Positions 9,332 through 19,425 of a stretch of 64,000 nucleotides of DNA are shown piece by piece. Under the pieces are notes generated by a model. The model searched no databases. It was not told where the DNA came from and saw only the letters and a list, made by a program, of their open reading frames with translations. A program made the position numbers and the translations under genes. How positions within the stretch are numbered: the stretch's first letter is position 1; each line of letters starts with the position of its first letter. This DNA is from Spirochaetia bacterium (GTDB lineage: Bacteria > Spirochaetota > Spirochaetia > UBA9216): NCBI GenBank assembly GCA_963675665.1, contig OY776510.1, forward strand, positions 1,184,001 through 1,248,000. The letters are read 5' to 3'.

Positions 9332-10123
9332 ATGAATCGGTTAAAACAAGGCATATTTGCATGTTTTATATTGTTTTTGGTTTCAGCGGCATCAATTCAG
9401 GCGCTGGATTTAACTATAATCGGGCCTCCCGGTTCCCTGCTGACCATGGAAGACGGAAGAACGGCGAAGCTTGATCAGGCCGGAAATTATATAGTGCATG
9501 ATCTGAATCCGGGAGATCTTGTAGTTTTTTCTACCGACATCCCGGGATACTACCCGGGCGATTACGCTGTCGAGATCGGCGAGCTGTCGAAGACATACAG
9601 AATTGCGCCTGATCCCACCGGGATAGCAGCAATCGAGCTGAAGCTGACCGATTCCGGGTTTTGTCCGGCTCTCGGAACAGAGCTGTACTTTAAGCCTGAA
9701 AATTCCTATATTTCCATTGATCTGTATCAGTCCTTTATTGCGCTGTCTCCGCTTTTTACCGGAACGCCGGAGGATTTAAGCACCAGATACGTAATGCCGA
9801 TGTTGGGCGCCGGGTTTTACATACTACCGTTTGATTCGCTTGTCAGAATCAACCTCGGCGCATCAGTCGGCGGCGTTTTCGGGAGCGAATTACCGCACCC
9901 CCTCTTTGCCGCGGAGGCTTCTGCGGGAATCGAGTTCAAATTCCTTGATCATTATATTCTTTTTGCGGAAATCAATCCGAGGCTGCTGATGCCGATCAGC
10001 GGAGGCTGGGACGATTATACCGATATCTTCGGCAGTTCGAGGGCCGCCTATATGAATGCTCTCGGCAGTTGGCGGATGTTCGGCTTTCCGTCAACCTGGT
10101 TCGGATTCAAGTACAAGTATTAG
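9332..10123 (+). CDS. Hypothetical exported protein, probable C-terminal outer-membrane beta-barrel
   Basis: Signal peptide from ATG 9332 (MNRLKQG...SIQA); amphipathic strands ending in WFGFKYKY. Confidence 0.65.
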   Translation: MNRLKQGIFACFILFLVSAASIQALDLTIIGPPGSLLTMEDGRTAKLDQAGNYIVHDLNPGDLVVFSTDIPGYYPGDYAVEIGELSKTYRIAPDPTGIAAIELKLTDSGFCPALGTELYFKPENSYISIDLYQSFIALSPLFTGTPEDLSTRYVMPMLGAGFYILPFDSLVRINLGASVGGVFGSELPHPLFAAEASAGIEFKFLDHYILFAEINPRLLMPISGGWDDYTDIFGSSRAAYMNALGSWRMFGFPSTWFGFKYKY

Positions 10124-10242
10124 AGGCTGTATTGCAGGAAAGAATTAAAATTACTGCTGATTTGGTTTGCCGATAAGCTGTTTTTTTATTATATTTTTTT
10201 CACATCACACAAATTTTTATTACCTTAGGGAGAGGCTGAACC

Positions 10243-12114
10243 ATGTCCAAAAAGAAGTTTAAGACGGAAATATCACAGCTGCTGGACCTGATTATTCACT
10301 CGCTGTATTCACATAAAGAAATCTTTCTGCGAGAACTTGTTTCCAACTCGTCGGATGCGCTTGATAAGCTGAAATATCTTACGCTTACCGATGACGAGTT
10401 TAAAAAACTGGATTTTGATCCGCGTATAGATATTACTTTTGACGCCGATGCGAAAATGCTGACGGTTTCGGATAACGGAATCGGAATGAGCGCAGAGGAC
10501 CTCGATTCAAATCTGGGTACAATTGCGCGTTCGGGAACGAAGAATTTTCTTAACCAGCTTTCAGGCGACGCAGTAAAAGACTCCAACCTGATCGGGCAGT
10601 TCGGGGTAGGGTTTTATTCAAGCTTTATGGTTGCCGATAAGGTCACGGTCATTACCAGAAAGGCCGGAGAAGATCAGGCCTGGAAGTGGCAGAGCGACGG
10701 TAGAAGCAACTACAGTGTTGACGAAGCAGAGCGGGAAAAGCAGGGCACAACAGTACAGCTTCATCTGAACGATAACGGATCCGAGTACACAAACCGGTGG
10801 AGCATAGAGCAGCTTGTCAAGAAATATTCCAATCATATTGCATTCCCGATTTTTCTCGAGTTTGACGATACCAGGTGGGAAGGCGAGGGCGATGATCGGA
10901 AAGAAATCAAGGAACACAAGATTGAGCAGATAAACAGCGCGTCGGCACTTTGGAAGAAATCCAAATCGGAGCTTACCGATGAAGATTATAATGAATTTTA
11001 CAAGACGATAGGTCATGATTCCGATGAACCGCTTCTTTACCTGCATACAAAGGCAGAGGGAACGCAGGAATATACAACGCTCTTTTATGTTCCGAAAAAA
11101 GCACCGTTCGATATGTACCAGGCAGATTACAGGCCGGGTGTTAAACTCTATATCAAACGGGTATTTATTACGGATGACGAAAAGGAGCTGATGCCGGTTT
11201 ACCTGCGCTTCCTGCGCGGCGTAATCGACTCCGAAGATTTACCGCTGAACGTCAGCCGTGAAATCCTGCAGCAGAACAGGGTACTCGAAGCAATCAAGAG
11301 CTCTTCCGTTAAAAAGGTGCTTGGGGAGTTTCAGAAAATATCCGAAAACAATCCTGAAAAGTACAAAGAATTCATCGAACAGTATAACCGCCCGCTCAAA
11401 GAGGGTGTTTATTCCGATTTTTCCAACCGCGAGACCCTGCTTGAACTCATCCGCTATAAATCAACCGAAGAAGAGGGCTGGACAAGCCTTGCCGCCTATA
11501 AAGAGCGTATGAAGGATGATCAAAAGGCTATTTATTTCATTACCGGAGACAATGAAGCTACGCTCCGAAACTCTCCGCTGCTTGAGGCATATAAGAAGAA
11601 GGGGATTGAGGTCCTGATTATGGATGACGAGATAGACGAGATAGTCGCCCCTTCGATCATGAACTACAAGGAAACTGAGTTGAAAGCGGTCAACAGAAGC
11701 GGCTCCGCCGACGATCTCAAGACCGATGAGGACAAGGAAAAAGAGAAGGACCTTGAACCGATCCTGAAGAAGATCAAGGATGTGCTCGGCGACAAGGTCA
11801 AGGACGTAAAAGCGTCGTCACGCCTGTCTGATTCGCCGTCATGTATTGTTGCCGATGAAAATGATCCTACCATGCAGATGCAGCAGATGATGCGTGCAAT
11901 GGGACAGACCGATATTCCCGAGATTGTTCCTATTCTTGAGATAAACCCGGATCATGTAATTGTTGAAAAGCTGAAAAATACCGGCGACGATGCGGTTTTT
12001 GAGGATGTCAGCTTCCTGCTGTTTGAACAGGCCATGCTTGTTGAAGGCCAGCAGCTGAAAGAGCCGGCCGAGTTCGTTAAAAGGCTCAACAGGGTAATGG
12101 AGAACGCTGTATAG
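10243..12114 (+). CDS. htpG: Molecular chaperone HtpG (Hsp90)
   Basis: IFLRELVSNSSDA, DNGIGM, IGQFGVGFYS, DLPLNVSRE motifs. Confidence 0.98.
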   Translation: MSKKKFKTEISQLLDLIIHSLYSHKEIFLRELVSNSSDALDKLKYLTLTDDEFKKLDFDPRIDITFDADAKMLTVSDNGIGMSAEDLDSNLGTIARSGTKNFLNQLSGDAVKDSNLIGQFGVGFYSSFMVADKVTVITRKAGEDQAWKWQSDGRSNYSVDEAEREKQGTTVQLHLNDNGSEYTNRWSIEQLVKKYSNHIAFPIFLEFDDTRWEGEGDDRKEIKEHKIEQINSASALWKKSKSELTDEDYNEFYKTIGHDSDEPLLYLHTKAEGTQEYTTLFYVPKKAPFDMYQADYRPGVKLYIKRVFITDDEKELMPVYLRFLRGVIDSEDLPLNVSREILQQNRVLEAIKSSSVKKVLGEFQKISENNPEKYKEFIEQYNRPLKEGVYSDFSNRETLLELIRYKSTEEEGWTSLAAYKERMKDDQKAIYFITGDNEATLRNSPLLEAYKKKGIEVLIMDDEIDEIVAPSIMNYKETELKAVNRSGSADDLKTDEDKEKEKDLEPILKKIKDVLGDKVKDVKASSRLSDSPSCIVADENDPTMQMQQMMRAMGQTDIPEIVPILEINPDHVIVEKLKNTGDDAVFEDVSFLLFEQAMLVEGQQLKEPAEFVKRLNRVMENAV

Positions 12115-12164
12115 ATGTAATCTTCGTACTGCATACTGCCGGATTTTTCCGGTTTCATATAACG

Positions 12165-12193
12165 GGCAGCCTCATCCGGGGCTGCTTTTTTTT
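12165..12193 (+). terminator. Rho-independent terminator after htpG
   Basis: GGCAGCCTC-ATCC-GGGGCTGCT hairpin followed by a T-run. Confidence 0.8.
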
Positions 12194-12213
12194 AGTGCAG
12201 CCGTATAATGGCG

Positions 12214-13680
12214 TCAGCCCCTGATTTCAGTCTGTACTTCATCAAAAACTTTATCCATCTCCGCGTCATCCTGTTTAACGACAGCGTTTACGATAACCAT
12301 CACTATAAAGTTGGCGATAAAACCGGGGACAATTTCGTACATTGCCGATCCCAGGCCGACTTGTTTCCATAATACGCAGACAACGGCACCCGTGACCATG
12401 CCGAACAGGGCCGATTTCCAGCCGGTCTTCTTCGAGAAAAGCGCCATCAGGATTACCGGGCCGAAAGCGGCGCCGAATCCGCCCCATGCGTAGGAAACAA
12501 GCCCGAGGATTGTATTGTCCGGTTTCAGCGCAAGAAGCATTGCGATAATAGAGATGATTATTACGCTTATTCGGCCGATCATGATAAGTTCTTTTTCCGA
12601 CGCGTCTTTTTTGATTATTTTCTGGTAAAAATCTTCAGTAAGCGCGGACGACGAGACGAGAAGCTGGGAATCGATGGTGGACATAATCGCCGACAGGATT
12701 GCCGCCAGCAGGATTCCTCCGATCCACGGGTTGAAGATATCGTTGATCATGTAGATAAAGACCTTTTCGGCATCCCCGCCGGGAGCGTCTTTATACATGG
12801 CCGTTCCGATTAAACCGACTAGAATTGCGCCTGCAAGCGAAATAAATACCCAGACCGTTGCGATTACGGTGGAACGGGGGATTTCTTTGATATTTTTTAT
12901 GCTCATAAAGCGAACAAGTATATGCGGCTGGCCGAAATAACCCAGTCCCCAGGCCATTGTTGAAATTATTCCAAGCAGCGCGCCGGCTCCGACCCCGGGA
13001 ATGATGCTTGTGGAAATTCCCTTTGCGATGACAGCGGTGTTTATTCCGCTGAACCCGCCGACTCCCCTGAGGGCGGCAAGCGGTACTATCGCTATCGAGA
13101 TAAACATCAGGGCGCCCTGGAAGAGATCGGTCCAGCAGACCGCCATAAACCCGCCGAGCATTGTGTAAAGAACTATCACCGCGCACCCTATCAGGACGGC
13201 CAGGGTGTAGTTAATTCCGAACATTGCTTCAAACAGTTTGCCGGCCCCGGCCATTCCCGAAGAGGCATAGATCGCAAAAAATATAAGCGTAATTATGGCG
13301 CAGATAATCCGCAGAAGGCCGGTCGGATCTTTGAAACGCGCTTCGAGAAACGACGCCATCGTAAGAGAACCGGTTTTCTCGGTATAAACACGCAGCCTCG
13401 GGGCGACAAGTATCCAGTTTAGAAGGGTTCCTATAAAAAGCCCAATCGCTATCCAGCTCTGGTTGATCCCGTAAAGGAATACAGCGCCGGGCAGTCCCAT
13501 CAGCAGCCAGCCGGACATATCGCTTGCCTGGGCGGACAGGGCCGTAACCCATTTGCCCATTCCGCGGCCGCCGAGCAGGTAGTCTTCAATATTCGATGTT
13601 TTTCTGTAAAAATAAAAACCGACCCCTAAAAGAAAAATCAGATAAATAATAAATGTAATCAGAGTTGCAGTATCAGCCAT
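12214..13680 (-). CDS. putP: Sodium/proline symporter
   Basis: YLLGGR, ASDMSGWLLMGLPG, LGYFGQPHILVRFM, AIMSTIDSQLL motifs. Confidence 0.95.
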   Translation of the reverse strand: MADTATLITFIIYLIFLLGVGFYFYRKTSNIEDYLLGGRGMGKWVTALSAQASDMSGWLLMGLPGAVFLYGINQSWIAIGLFIGTLLNWILVAPRLRVYTEKTGSLTMASFLEARFKDPTGLLRIICAIITLIFFAIYASSGMAGAGKLFEAMFGINYTLAVLIGCAVIVLYTMLGGFMAVCWTDLFQGALMFISIAIVPLAALRGVGGFSGINTAVIAKGISTSIIPGVGAGALLGIISTMAWGLGYFGQPHILVRFMSIKNIKEIPRSTVIATVWVFISLAGAILVGLIGTAMYKDAPGGDAEKVFIYMINDIFNPWIGGILLAAILSAIMSTIDSQLLVSSSALTEDFYQKIIKKDASEKELIMIGRISVIIISIIAMLLALKPDNTILGLVSYAWGGFGAAFGPVILMALFSKKTGWKSALFGMVTGAVVCVLWKQVGLGSAMYEIVPGFIANFIVMVIVNAVVKQDDAEMDKVFDEVQTEIRG

Positions 13681-13810
13681 ACTTTCTTCCTGTGTTTTTG
13701 ATGTGTAATTTTAAATAGAAACATCGGAATCTGCAAGACAAATTAATTTACTGTCGGAAGAAATTGCGGTCGGCCTTGCAGAAAATTCCACGGTTTTGTA
13801 CTATCATGTC

Positions 13811-14290
13811 ATGGTTAAACTGAACAACCCGTTTATCGGAGTAAAAGATTACTGCTGTTTCGGCTGCGCGCCTGATAACGAACACGGACTCAGGATGGAG
13901 TTCTTTGAGGACGGCGATGAGGTTGTGTCCGTCTGGGATGCGCCGGATTATTTTCAGGGCTATAACTACATTCTCCACGGCGGAGTCCGGGCTACGCTGA
14001 TTGACGAGCTTGCAGCCTGGGTTGTTTTTGTAAAGCTTAAAACAGCCGGCTATACCATCCGTCTTGAGGTGGATTATACCGGCGCCGCTTACACAAACCG
14101 CGGCAAACTGACCCTTCGCGGCAGAATAGCCGGAATGAAGAAAAATATTGCCGTGGTGGATGTGGATCTGTTTAACGAGAATGGTGAGATTGTAACATCA
14201 GGCACCGCCGAATATTTCACTATTCCGGAAAAAATTGCCAGAAAAAAGATGATGTATCCCGGAATCGAGGCTTTTTACCCGGATAAATAG
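13811..14290 (+). CDS. PaaI family thioesterase (hotdog fold)
   Basis: CFGCAPDN..GL and ILHGG...LIDE motifs; start placed at ATG 13811, 6 nt after a -10 box. Confidence 0.88.
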   Translation: MVKLNNPFIGVKDYCCFGCAPDNEHGLRMEFFEDGDEVVSVWDAPDYFQGYNYILHGGVRATLIDELAAWVVFVKLKTAGYTIRLEVDYTGAAYTNRGKLTLRGRIAGMKKNIAVVDVDLFNENGEIVTSGTAEYFTIPEKIARKKMMYPGIEAFYPDK

Positions 14291-14354
14291 AAAACCGCTG
14301 GTTTTTTTGCGTATAACCCCACTATGTATAGGACTTATCACGCAATTCATGCAT

Positions 14355-15386
14355 TTAACTCCTGATCCCGGTTATTATTCTGCAGATTTCATCGACATCG
14401 TTCCGGCTTATACCCAGGTTTGTAACGAGTCTTACCTTCTCCGGGCCGTCGGCACCGCCCAGAATTCCCTGTCCGGCAAGTTTTTCAACGATTTCTCCGG
14501 ATTTGCCTTTTTCAGTTTTAAAGTAAATGATGTTCGTTTCAACATCTGCCGGATCGATATCGGCCCAGCTGCATTCAGCCAGTGCTGCCGCTATCCGGAA
14601 TGCTCCGGCATGGTCGTCCGCCAGCCTTTCAACATTGTTTTCAAGCGCGTATATTCCTGCGGCGGCAAGCACACCGGCCTGTCTCATTCCGCCTCCGAGC
14701 ATTTTTCGTATTCTCCGCGCTTCAGCAATGAATTCGTTCGTACCGCAGAGACAGCTGCCGACGGGAGCTCCCAGCCCCTTCGACAGGCAGAAGGTGACCG
14801 AGTCGGCGTATGACGAAATCTCCGAAACGCTCATCCCGGAAGCAAGTGCAGCATTGAACAGACGTGCTCCGTCAATGTGAAGCGATATCCCGCGGCTTCG
14901 GGCAAATTCCGATATGTCTTTCAATTCCTCTTTCCGGTAAAAGACCCCGGCAATAGTGTTTTCTATCTCGATCATTCCCGATCTGCAGGAGTCATAGTGA
15001 CTTCCGTTGTTCTGGTCAGGTCTTATAGAATCTTCAAGAACATCCGAAGAGATTTTGCCCCGGCTGCCTTCAAGTCCGATTAAAGCGGCTCCTGCAAGTG
15101 CCGATCCTGACGACAGTTCGTGATGAATGATATGACTGTCTTTGTGACAGAGCACTTCACGTCCCCGGCCGGCATGGATGAATATTGAAATCAGGTTGCC
15201 CATGGATCCTGAAGAAACAAACAGGGCCGCTTCTTTAGCCGTCAGTTTTGCGGCAAGTTTCTGAAGCCGGTTGACGGTCGGGTCTTCACTGTATACATCA
15301 TCGCCGACCTCGGCTCGCATAATGGCTTTACGCATTGCGTCGGTCGGTTTTGTAATCGTATCGCTTCGCAAATCAAAGGTTTTCAT
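14355..15386 (-). CDS. ltaE: Low-specificity L-threonine aldolase
   Basis: DLRSDTIT, VGDDVY, HIDGAR, CLSKGLGAPVG, GGGMRQ motifs. Confidence 0.95.
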   Translation of the reverse strand: MKTFDLRSDTITKPTDAMRKAIMRAEVGDDVYSEDPTVNRLQKLAAKLTAKEAALFVSSGSMGNLISIFIHAGRGREVLCHKDSHIIHHELSSGSALAGAALIGLEGSRGKISSDVLEDSIRPDQNNGSHYDSCRSGMIEIENTIAGVFYRKEELKDISEFARSRGISLHIDGARLFNAALASGMSVSEISSYADSVTFCLSKGLGAPVGSCLCGTNEFIAEARRIRKMLGGGMRQAGVLAAAGIYALENNVERLADDHAGAFRIAAALAECSWADIDPADVETNIIYFKTEKGKSGEIVEKLAGQGILGGADGPEKVRLVTNLGISRNDVDEICRIITGIRS

Positions 15387-15492
15387 GAATCGATTTTAAC
15401 CCGAATACGTATTGATGTCAGCAAAAAGCCGGATAATTGCATTTGAGTCTTGGACATATTATAGTTTATATTTGGTATGACGGAGGGAATTA

Positions 15493-17082
15493 ATGCCGGA
15501 AAGCTCTATCCATGAGGCATTCATGGAAGAAAGCAATGAAATTCTTGAAGATTTTGAAAAGGCTGTTCTCGAGCTTGAATCCGACCCGGGAAATAATGAA
15601 CTGCTTAATCGCGCTTTTCGCGATCTGCATACTCTTAAGGGTTCTGCAGGAATGTTGGGGCTGGAGCTGCTGGAGAATTTTGCCCATGAGGCTGAAAACG
15701 TATTTTCCGAAATCCGTTCAGGCAGGTCGGAAATAACTTCGGAGATTATTCAATGGAGCCTTGATGCAGTAGATATTCTTCACCGGCTTGTCAATGACGC
15801 TTTCTCGGACACCGGCGCGGGAAAGGAACTTCAGGCTGATATGGAAGAACTTATCAGTGAAGCGGAACTGGATATAGAAGAGCAGAAAACTGCAAGCAGG
15901 ACCGTTGAACTGCGTCAGGGTAAAAGGGGTGTTCGCAGTATAAAGGTCAAAACCGAACGTCTGGAAGATCTGCTTAAACTTGTCGGGGAAATGGTTGCTC
16001 TGCAGCTTAATCTGGCCCATCTTTCAAAGCAGAAAGAAGATGATGAGTTTACCGGTTTGAGCGACAGGATGGAGAGGGTTTTAAGAGATCTGAGGATTCT
16101 GTCCAACGAACTTCATATGACGCCTATAGGAGATCTTTTCTCAACCTACAGGCGTTCGATACGCGACATCGCTTCAAAGTCAGGAAAGAAGGTTAATCTT
16201 GTAACAAGTGGAGAGGGCACTGAATTCGACCGCAGCATCTATGAAGGCCTGTCTGAATCGCTGCTGCATCTTATACGTAATGCCGTCGACCACGGAATAG
16301 AACCGGCAGACGACAGAATAACAAAAGGGAAGAGCCCCGAAGGCGAGATTCTTCTTGAGGCATTTTACAGTGGTCTAAACGGGGTAATCCGTATTAAGGA
16401 CGACGGGAAGGGGATTGATCCGGGAGCAATACGCAACAGGGCATTATCAAACGGGCTTATTGCCGAAGATGATAATTTATCCAGGGAAGAAATATTCGAA
16501 TTACTTTATCATCCGGGATTTTCAACGGCTGAAAAAGTAAGTTCAGTTTCAGGCCGGGGCGTAGGAATGGATGCCGTCAGAAGAAGAATCCAGGCCCTGC
16601 ATGGGAAAATAAACATTGATTCGATAAAAGGGGAAGGCACCGAAATTACAATAACGCTTCCCCTTTCAATTTCTTCCACTGACAGCATGCTTGTTCTTGT
16701 AGATAATACCAATTATCTGATACCGCTCGGCTATGTTCAGGAATGTATCAGTATTGAAAGAGAAAATTGCGGGCGTGCAATGATACGGTACAGGGATCGG
16801 ATGATCAGCAGTATTGCCCTGAAAGATTTTTTTGGAGACGGCAGCCCTTCGGAAAATGCCGGCAAAGAAGCCGTTATCGTTCGGAATGAAAGTACGGAAG
16901 CGGCCCTTGTCGTTGACGAGATAAAGGGAATTTATGCGTCGGTAATCAAGCCTCTTCCTGATATGTTTAAGGAGGTGAGGTACCTGTCGGGGTCTGCACT
17001 CCTCGGAGACGGGAGTACAGCCTTTGTTCTGGAAATTCTTAATTTAATCAGTGAAGCTGAAACATCAGACCGCTGCCGTTGA
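15493..17082 (+). CDS. cheA: Chemotaxis histidine kinase CheA (Hpt-dimer-HATPase-CheW; P2 absent)
   Basis: FRDLHTLKGS, HLIRNAVDHGIE, DDGKG, PGFSTA, SGRGVGMD motifs and a C-terminal CheW-like domain. Confidence 0.93.
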   Translation: MPESSIHEAFMEESNEILEDFEKAVLELESDPGNNELLNRAFRDLHTLKGSAGMLGLELLENFAHEAENVFSEIRSGRSEITSEIIQWSLDAVDILHRLVNDAFSDTGAGKELQADMEELISEAELDIEEQKTASRTVELRQGKRGVRSIKVKTERLEDLLKLVGEMVALQLNLAHLSKQKEDDEFTGLSDRMERVLRDLRILSNELHMTPIGDLFSTYRRSIRDIASKSGKKVNLVTSGEGTEFDRSIYEGLSESLLHLIRNAVDHGIEPADDRITKGKSPEGEILLEAFYSGLNGVIRIKDDGKGIDPGAIRNRALSNGLIAEDDNLSREEIFELLYHPGFSTAEKVSSVSGRGVGMDAVRRRIQALHGKINIDSIKGEGTEITITLPLSISSTDSMLVLVDNTNYLIPLGYVQECISIERENCGRAMIRYRDRMISSIALKDFFGDGSPSENAGKEAVIVRNESTEAALVVDEIKGIYASVIKPLPDMFKEVRYLSGSALLGDGSTAFVLEILNLISEAETSDRCR

Positions 17083-18399
17083 TTTAAGCATTTCGAAAAA
17101 ACCGGGATACGTGATGTCGACTGCTTCCGCATCGGTGATAACTGTTTCGCCCTCTGCCGCAAGACCTGCAACCGCGAGAGACATGACCACCCGGTGGTCT
17201 CCATGTCCTTCAACACGGCAGCCGCGAAGCTTCCTGCCGCCCCGGATAACCAGGCCGTCGGGCATTTCACCGATATCGGCCCCGAGTTTTGACAGCTCCT
17301 GCTTCATAACGCTGATTCGGTCTGTTTCTTTCAGACGGGCCTGGGGCACGTTGAAGAGTTTTGTTTCTCCTTCGGCAAAACAGGCAGCGACTGCCATTGC
17401 AGGAAGCGCGTCGGGAGTATCGTTGAGATCGATAGCTGCCGCTTTCAGTTTTTCCGTCCCCGTTATCGTGATTAGTCCCCCGGAAACGCCGTCCGCGGAA
17501 GGCGCGTCAATCGAAATAACGCAACCCATTTTTTCAAGATAACCCAGAACGGCCTTATCTCCCTGACTGTCGGTTATATCGAGGCCGGCAAGCCGCAGTT
17601 TCGAGCCTGTAATAGCCGCGGCGCACAGCGGGAATGCAGCGGACGAAAAGTCTCCTGGAATGACGCTTTCAAAGCATTGATATTTTTGTCCGCCTGAAAC
17701 TGTGAATCTTTTAAAGTCTTCGTTTGAGTATTTTATCTGCTGTTTTTCAAGCCAGCGCAGGGTCATTTCCACATACGGTTTTTCCATCAGCATCGGCACA
17801 TTGATAACGGATACAGGTGGCTTGCTTCCTGCTAAAGCAAGCGGGGTGCAGATCAGAAGAGAGGACAGGTACTGGCTTGTAGGACACTCAATGGATGTTT
17901 CTCCACCTTTGAGAGGACCTTTTACTGTGAACGGCGGACAGCCGTCCGTTCCGGTGATGTTTATTGCAGCGCCGAGGTCCGCCAGCGCATCAAGCAGCGG
18001 TTTCGCCGGGCGGCGGCGTATCTGTTCGTCACCGGTGAAGCGTGCCTCTGAACCTGAAAGGGCCGCAATGCCGGCGGCCAGGTAAAGACTGGTGCCCGAA
18101 TTGCCGACATCGATAGTCCCGATATCTTTCGGAAAAATACCGCCGTTGCCGCGGACTTTCCACATCGGAAGTCCTTCAGGGGTAGTGTTTTCTGTAAAAA
18201 CAGACGCCCCGAATTTCCGGCAGGCATCCATGCAGGAACGAGCATCGGCTGAATCAAGCGGGTTTAAAAGCATGCTTTCGCCCCCGGCCATCGATGCAAT
18301 CAACAGTGCTCTGATAGTATGTGATTTTGACGACGGAACTGTAATGGCTGCAGCATTATTCAGTTTTTTTCCATTCAATCCGGTTATCTTAACATCCAT
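17065..18399 (-). CDS. aroA: 3-phosphoshikimate 1-carboxyvinyltransferase
   Basis: PSSKSHTIR, VGNSGT, SQYLSS, GDFSSA, KETDR, DHRVVM motifs. Confidence 0.97.
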   Translation of the reverse strand: MDVKITGLNGKKLNNAAAITVPSSKSHTIRALLIASMAGGESMLLNPLDSADARSCMDACRKFGASVFTENTTPEGLPMWKVRGNGGIFPKDIGTIDVGNSGTSLYLAAGIAALSGSEARFTGDEQIRRRPAKPLLDALADLGAAINITGTDGCPPFTVKGPLKGGETSIECPTSQYLSSLLICTPLALAGSKPPVSVINVPMLMEKPYVEMTLRWLEKQQIKYSNEDFKRFTVSGGQKYQCFESVIPGDFSSAAFPLCAAAITGSKLRLAGLDITDSQGDKAVLGYLEKMGCVISIDAPSADGVSGGLITITGTEKLKAAAIDLNDTPDALPAMAVAACFAEGETKLFNVPQARLKETDRISVMKQELSKLGADIGEMPDGLVIRGGRKLRGCRVEGHGDHRVVMSLAVAGLAAEGETVITDAEAVDITYPGFFEMLKSTAAV

Positions 18400-18519
18400 G
18401 GCTCAGTATACATTACAAGCTGTAAACACCTCAACTGAAGAGTATGCCGGGATACAGGTTTTTTATAAGTTCTTCCCGTACTTGGATTAAGAAAATTAAA
18501 AGGTTATACTTGGGCGCTG

Positions 18520-19425
18520 ATGACTATGACTGAAAAAAGAATGAATTCCCAATTATTGCCCCCCCTGTTCATGATAATTTCGGCCCTGTGTTTTGCGCTG
18601 ATGAGCGCTGTTGTTAAACAGGCGCAGGATATTCCATTTATGCAGAAAGTTTTTTTCAGAAATTTCGTAATGGCTCTCCTTGTTCTGCCGGTCCTTTTTC
18701 AAAGGGCCCATGGAGGGGGCGGAAAAAAGGTTTTTTTCGGCTCGCCCGGGAACAGATCCCGCCTTTTAATCCGCTCATTATCCGGATTCCTGGGGGTTAT
18801 TCTGTATTTCTTTTCGGTAGAGAGGCTTCAGCTGGGCGATTCGGCAATGCTTAACAAGTTGTCGGCTTTTTTTGTTATTATCCTTTCGGCCGTCTTTTTA
18901 GGCGAGCGAATTCGGAGGTATCAGCTTCCGGCGCTTGCCGCGGCATTCGGCGGAGCTTTGCTGATCATCAAGCCCGGATTTAATATGCATATAATACCGG
19001 CTGTTGCAGGGTTAAGCGCAGCTGTTCTGGCGGCAGTTGCATATACGATTATTTCATCTCTTAAGGGGAGGGAAGACTCGCTTACCATTATTTTCTGGTT
19101 TTCAGCCATATCAACAATCGGATCGCTTGTTCCTGTTCTGATCATCTGGCAATCTCCCGATACGGCAGAACTGGTTTTTCTTGTTCTGACCGGAGTTTTT
19201 GCCGGGGCCGGCCAGTATTTTCTGACGCTGGCATACTCTACCGGCCCCGCCGGGGAGGTTTCGATCTATAACTATACGCATGTTGTGTTTTCCGCAACGG
19301 CAGGCTTTGTTTTATGGAGGGAGGTTCCGGATCTGTTTTCAATATGCGGAGCCTTGCTGATAATCGGCGCGGCGATTTTTCTTTATCTTATGAGAAGGGC
19401 AAAATATGAATCTCAGGCGAATTAA
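18520..19425 (+). CDS. DMT/EamA family transporter
   Basis: About 10 TM helices in two EamA repeats; FLGER motif. Confidence 0.9.
   Translation: MTMTEKRMNSQLLPPLFMIISALCFALMSAVVKQAQDIPFMQKVFFRNFVMALLVLPVLFQRAHGGGGKKVFFGSPGNRSRLLIRSLSGFLGVILYFFSVERLQLGDSAMLNKLSAFFVIILSAVFLGERIRRYQLPALAAAFGGALLIIKPGFNMHIIPAVAGLSAAVLAAVAYTIISSLKGREDSLTIIFWFSAISTIGSLVPVLIIWQSPDTAELVFLVLTGVFAGAGQYFLTLAYSTGPAGEVSIYNYTHVVFSATAGFVLWREVPDLFSICGALLIIGAAIFLYLMRRAKYESQAN

Noticed and set aside
10124-10242. CIRCE or heat-shock operator upstream of htpG
   Set aside because: No TTAGCACTC-N9-GAGTGCTAA or similar inverted repeat is visible.
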